Shown: one piece after another, positions 60,905 through 64,000 of the stretch
Layout of the letters: each line of letters starts with the position of its first letter
How positions within the stretch are numbered: position 1 is the stretch's first letter
Assembly (NCBI GenBank): GCA_050734425.1
Contig: JBOHUL010000083.1
Location: 6,934 to 70,933, forward strand
Origin: Candidatus Dormibacteria bacterium
GTDB lineage: Bacteria > Chloroflexota > Dormibacteria > Aeolococcales > Bog-877
Length of the DNA stretch: 64,000 bases
Direction: 5' to 3'
Translations under genes and position numbers: made by a program
The notes under the pieces: generated by a model
The model's input: only the letters and a program-made list of their open reading frames with translations
Database searches by the model: none
Told to the model about the DNA's origin: nothing

Positions 60905-61566
60905 TAGCCGAGCTCGGTCATCCGGCCCGTGGCCAGGAAGACCAGGTCCTCGGCGATGTTGGTCACCCGGTCGGCGATTCGCTCCAGGTTGTGGGCGATG
61001 AAGATCAAGTTGGTGCCGGCGTAGGCCCACTCCGGCTGCTCCCGCATGGTCTCGACCATGTCGTCGAAGACCCGGTGGTAGATGCGGTCGATCCGGTCGT
61101 CGCGGGCGGCGATGTCCTGGGCCCGCCGGTGGTCCCCGGTGGTGACGGCGCCCAGGATGTCGCGCACCTGCTCCTCGACGTAGCCGCCCATGCGCAAGAT
61201 GGTCTCCAGCTTGGGCCGGGTGCTGAGTTCGATCAGGGGCAGGGCGTAGCGGGCGCAGCTCTTGGCGTGGTCCCCCATCCGCTCCAGCTCCGAGGTCATC
61301 AGCATCAGGCCGAAGACCTCGTTCAGCTCACTGCCGGTGGGGTGCTGCTGGGCCAGCACCGCCAGTCCCCGGATCCGCTCCTGGCGGTGGCGTTCGTTGA
61401 GCACCAGGTCACCCTCGACCACCGCCCGGAGCCGGTCGCCGTCTCGCTCCTCCAGCCCGGACATGGCGCCCGCGACGCCGGCCGCCACCATCCCGCCCAG
61501 GACCCGGACGCCGTCTCGCAGCGCCGCCAGGTCCGCCTCCAGTCCCTTCGAGGTCGAGGTCGCCAT
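60904..61566 (-). CDS. phoU: Phosphate-specific transport system accessory protein PhoU
   Basis: Two PhoU repeats with conserved E..R..D.. motifs (ELERMGDHAK, LERIADRVTNIAEDL). Confidence 0.8.
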   Translation of the reverse strand: MATSTSKGLEADLAALRDGVRVLGGMVAAGVAGAMSGLEERDGDRLRAVVEGDLVLNERHRQERIRGLAVLAQQHPTGSELNEVFGLMLMTSELERMGDHAKSCARYALPLIELSTRPKLETILRMGGYVEEQVRDILGAVTTGDHRRAQDIAARDDRIDRIYHRVFDDMVETMREQPEWAYAGTNLIFIAHNLERIADRVTNIAEDLVFLATGRMTELG

Positions 61567-61610
61567 CTGCCCGATGGTAGACCAGGCAGATGGGCCCGGA
61601 CTCCGGGGCC

Positions 61611-62690
61611 TCAGGGCGCCTGCAGGACGATCCGGACCACGGTCCCCACTCCAGGAGTGCTGCGCACCCGGATCTCGCCCCCCTGGAGCTCGACCGCCTG
61701 CTTGGCGATCGAGAGTCCCAAACCGCTGCTGCGGCCGCTGCGGGAGCGGTCGCCGGTGTAGAAGCGGTCGAAGATCCGGGGGAGCTGGCTCCTGGTGATC
61801 CCCGAGCCCGTGTCGCGGACCGAGATGGTGGGGCGGCCGGTGGACCGGCCCGCGGTCACCGTGACCGAGCCTGGGGCGCTGGTGAACTTGAGAGCGTTGT
61901 CGAGGACGTTGACCAGCGCCCGCTCCAGCCGGCCGGGGTCGGCCAGGGCGGGAGCCGGCTTCCCCCGGATCTGCAGCTGGAGACGGCGCTCCTTGGCCTG
62001 GGGCCGCAACTCCCGGACCGCCTGGCGGGCCACCTGGAGCAGGTCCACCTCCGCGATCTCGGTCCGCTCAGCCCCCGCCTCCAGTCGGCTCAGATCGAGG
62101 ATGGCCGCGACCAGGCCGTGCAGCCGCTGAACCTCCTTGGCGATGCGGCCAGCGAAGAGCCGCACCGCCTGGGGATCGTCCTGAGCCTGGCCGGTCAAGG
62201 TCTCGGCCATCAGCTGCAGGCTGGCGAGGGGAGTGCGGAGATCGTGGGAGAGGTTGGCGATCAGCTCGTGGTGAGCTCGGCCCAGCCGCCGCTCCGAGGT
62301 GATGTCGCTCAAGATCAGGGCCACCCGGCGGCCCTGGGGGCCGGCCTCGAGTGGGGCTGCCACCGCCCGCAGAATCCGGCGCCAGTCGCTCTGCCTCAGC
62401 TCCTGCCGCAGCGTTCGGTCCTTGTCCAGGACCCGGGCGACCAGGTCACCCGCCTTGGGATCGTCCAGGACCTGGGCCAGCGGCGTCCCCTCCGCGATCG
62501 GGGTGGGGTCGGAGCCTGACTCCGAGGTGCCGCTGGCGGCCAGCAAAGCCGGTGCGTTGGGGCTGGACCACAGCACCCGGCGGGAATCGTCGACCAGCAG
62601 CAGGGCGTCGGAGCCCAGGGCGGTCAGAAGCTCCAGCAGTCGTTGGGCTTGGGCGCCGCCCAACGGAGACGGGGCGGACGGTGCCCTCAA
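61611..62690 (-). CDS. Sensor histidine kinase (PAS-HisKA-HATPase; SenX3/PhoR-like, no obvious TM)
   Basis: The TTG at 62690 overlaps the upstream gene's stop (TTGA). H-box LSHDLRTPL, N-box VLDNALKF and G-boxes DTGSGI...GLGLSIAK. The 5' 1 kb of ORF 61611..63704 is shadow or another gene. Confidence 0.75.
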   Translation of the reverse strand: MRAPSAPSPLGGAQAQRLLELLTALGSDALLLVDDSRRVLWSSPNAPALLAASGTSESGSDPTPIAEGTPLAQVLDDPKAGDLVARVLDKDRTLRQELRQSDWRRILRAVAAPLEAGPQGRRVALILSDITSERRLGRAHHELIANLSHDLRTPLASLQLMAETLTGQAQDDPQAVRLFAGRIAKEVQRLHGLVAAILDLSRLEAGAERTEIAEVDLLQVARQAVRELRPQAKERRLQLQIRGKPAPALADPGRLERALVNVLDNALKFTSAPGSVTVTAGRSTGRPTISVRDTGSGITRSQLPRIFDRFYTGDRSRSGRSSGLGLSIAKQAVELQGGEIRVRSTPGVGTVVRIVLQAP

Positions 62691-63214
62691 CTGAGGTCCC
62701 AGCCCCCGTCCCCGCCCGGACGGCCCAAATAGACGGCTCCCTCGACCCGATCCAGGTCCCGACCGAGGTCGAGCCTCCAGACTCCTCCCTTGGGACAGCG
62801 GCGGCTGCCCGAGACCCCGGCGCCCTCTAGGAGTTGGGGGATCCGATCCCCGTGAGTGCAGGTAGTGACCCCATCCAACGTCCCGCCCAAGGCCTCCCGA
62901 ACGAAAAGGCTCGACAGTAATTCCCTGAGCAGCCGGGCCCTGTCCCCCCCGGGACCGCCGATCCCCTCCGCCAGTTGGGGGTCCGCGGTCACGCCCTGCC
63001 CCAGCCGGTGGGCCAGGGGCAACAGGGTGTCGCGACAGCGGCGGGCGGGGCTGCTGTAGTGCGCCCGGACGGCTAGAGAGCCCAGCAGCTCCGCCAGCGC
63101 CAGCGCCTGGCGCCACCCGGCAGGACTGAGTGGCCTGAGATCGTCGGGCCCCTCCCAGCTGTCCCGCTCTAGAGCCATCGCGTGGCGGACGAGGTAGAGG
63201 CTGCGTGCGGCGAT
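62687..63214 (-). CDS. Phosphohistidine phosphatase SixA-like (histidine phosphatase superfamily)
   Basis: The canonical ATG at 63178 lies 2 residues downstream of the catalytic RH(A) motif (SLYLVRHA MALERD...RPLSPAGWRQA...YSSPARRCRDT). The in-frame ATC at 63214 would give MAARSLYLVRHA. The stop overlaps the kinase start. Confidence 0.6.
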   Translation of the reverse strand: MAARSLYLVRHAMALERDSWEGPDDLRPLSPAGWRQALALAELLGSLAVRAHYSSPARRCRDTLLPLAHRLGQGVTADPQLAEGIGGPGGDRARLLRELLSSLFVREALGGTLDGVTTCTHGDRIPQLLEGAGVSGSRRCPKGGVWRLDLGRDLDRVEGAVYLGRPGGDGGWDLS

Positions 63215-63287
63215 CTGGCGAGTATAGGCAGGGGCGTACGGGCGACATCGCGCAAACTACCCCGGTGGCCCTCGCCTCTTCACCGCT

Positions 63288-64000
63288 GTGAGTTCCCTCC
63301 CCGCCCTGACCAGGGATGCGGGCCCTCGCTTCGGGGCCATCGACATTGGCAGCAACACCGTCCACCTGCTGGTGGCCAGTTGTCCCCCCAGACGGCTGCC
63401 GATCCCGCTCTTCCACCACCGGGAATTCGTCCAGCTGGGACTGGATGTGAGCCGGCAGGGTGCCATCGGCGAGGAGCGGCTGGGGCTGGCGATCAGGGCC
63501 CTGCGCCGGCAGGTGGATGACGCCCGCAAGGCGCAGGTGGACGAGATCGCGATCGGGGCTACCGAGGCCCTGCGGGCCGCCAGCAACGGGGCCGAGGTGG
63601 CCAAGCGGTTGGGGGCGGTCACCGGGGGGGGGGCGGTCCACGTCCTCCCCTCCCAGGTCGAGGCCCAGCTGACCTTCGACGGCGCGACCATGACGGTGGC
63701 CCAAGGTCGGTCAGCCTTGGTCCTGGACATCGGTGGCGCCTCCTCCCAGGTGGCCTGGGGCCCGGCCGGCGGGGTCTGCCAGCGGGCGTCTCTGCGCCTG
63801 GGCTCGGGGTCGCTCGCGGCCATGGCCACGTCCGAGCCACCTGATGCGTCCGAGTGGGACGCCATGGTGGAGTCGGTCTCCCGGGGGATCTCGCTGCCCC
63901 ACCTTGGCTCCACCTTTGAGGTGGCGTTGGGCACCGGGGGCACCGTCACCAACCTGCCCCGGCTGCTTGGCCTCGATGGTACCCAGGGCCTGACCCGGAC
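63288..64000 (+). CDS. ppx: Ppx/GppA-family phosphatase (exopolyphosphatase), 3' end beyond window
   Basis: Not listed in the ORF track because it runs off the end. The plus frame from the GTG at 63288 gives RFGAIDIGSNTVHLLVA...LVLDIGGASSQVAWG (Ppx/GppA ASKHA-fold motifs). Confidence 0.7.
   Translation, partial: MSSLPALTRDAGPRFGAIDIGSNTVHLLVASCPPRRLPIPLFHHREFVQLGLDVSRQGAIGEERLGLAIRALRRQVDDARKAQVDEIAIGATEALRAASNGAEVAKRLGAVTGGGAVHVLPSQVEAQLTFDGATMTVAQGRSALVLDIGGASSQVAWGPAGGVCQRASLRLGSGSLAAMATSEPPDASEWDAMVESVSRGISLPHLGSTFEVALGTGGTVTNLPRLLGLDGTQGLTR

Noticed and set aside
62690-63704. 5' 1 kb of the 697-aa minus-strand ORF 61611..63704 as part of the kinase
   Set aside because: Upstream of the TTG at 62690 the frame is low-complexity Gly/Arg/Pro. 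The same DNA encodes the SixA-like protein (minus strand, another frame) and the 5' end of ppx (plus strand), both of which have real motifs.

Overview
This is a high-GC (about 70%) window with an actinobacterial-type gene repertoire: FbiC for F420 synthesis, GuaB3, a class-E-like sortase, and a long purine operon. I infer about 58 protein-coding genes and see no rRNA, tRNA, CRISPR array, transposase or integrase. Every long ORF on the strand opposite a real gene is treated as a GC-skew shadow. The content is mostly housekeeping. It includes oppF/oppD-type ABC ATPases, a homogentisate (tyrosine) catabolic pair (hmgA plus an FAH-family hydrolase) next to an archaeal-type Zn glucose dehydrogenase homolog, infA, a heme-b/molybdopterin oxidoreductase fusion, a membrane HAMP-GAF-GGDEF cyclase, ltaE, gdh, guaB3-guaA-purD, two ECF sigma/anti-sigma pairs, purB-purC-purS-purQ-purL-purF-purM-purN-purH, the glyoxylate shunt aceA-aceB, fbiC, recJ, thrC, nrdR-yggS, an aldo/keto reductase, msrA and the start of ppx. 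Seven things stand out. (1) A biotin carboxylase sits next to an OadA/PycB-like carboxyltransferase plus biotinyl protein whose metal and catalytic residues appear substituted. (2) A six-gene minus-strand operon is chained by overlapping stop/start codons: SixA-like phosphohistidine phosphatase, PAS histidine kinase, PhoU, OmpR regulator, ABC ATPase and ABC-2 permease, lying divergent from ppx. (3) A roughly 835-bp unit carrying a 4-TM plus C-terminal zinc-ribbon membrane protein and its upstream element is tandemly triplicated, and the third copy has decayed. (4) A 199-aa extremely Arg/Thr-rich basic protein has a strong SD and an intrinsic terminator. (5) Several conserved N-termini (SixA-like, YggS, PurH) have no canonical start codon. 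(6) Palindromes built on a GTGAC/GTCAC core recur near gdh and the divergent regulator/sortase promoters. (7) IF-1 carries an Arg/Pro-rich N-terminal extension that the SD supports. All functional calls come from reading the translations and remembering family motifs; no database search was possible.
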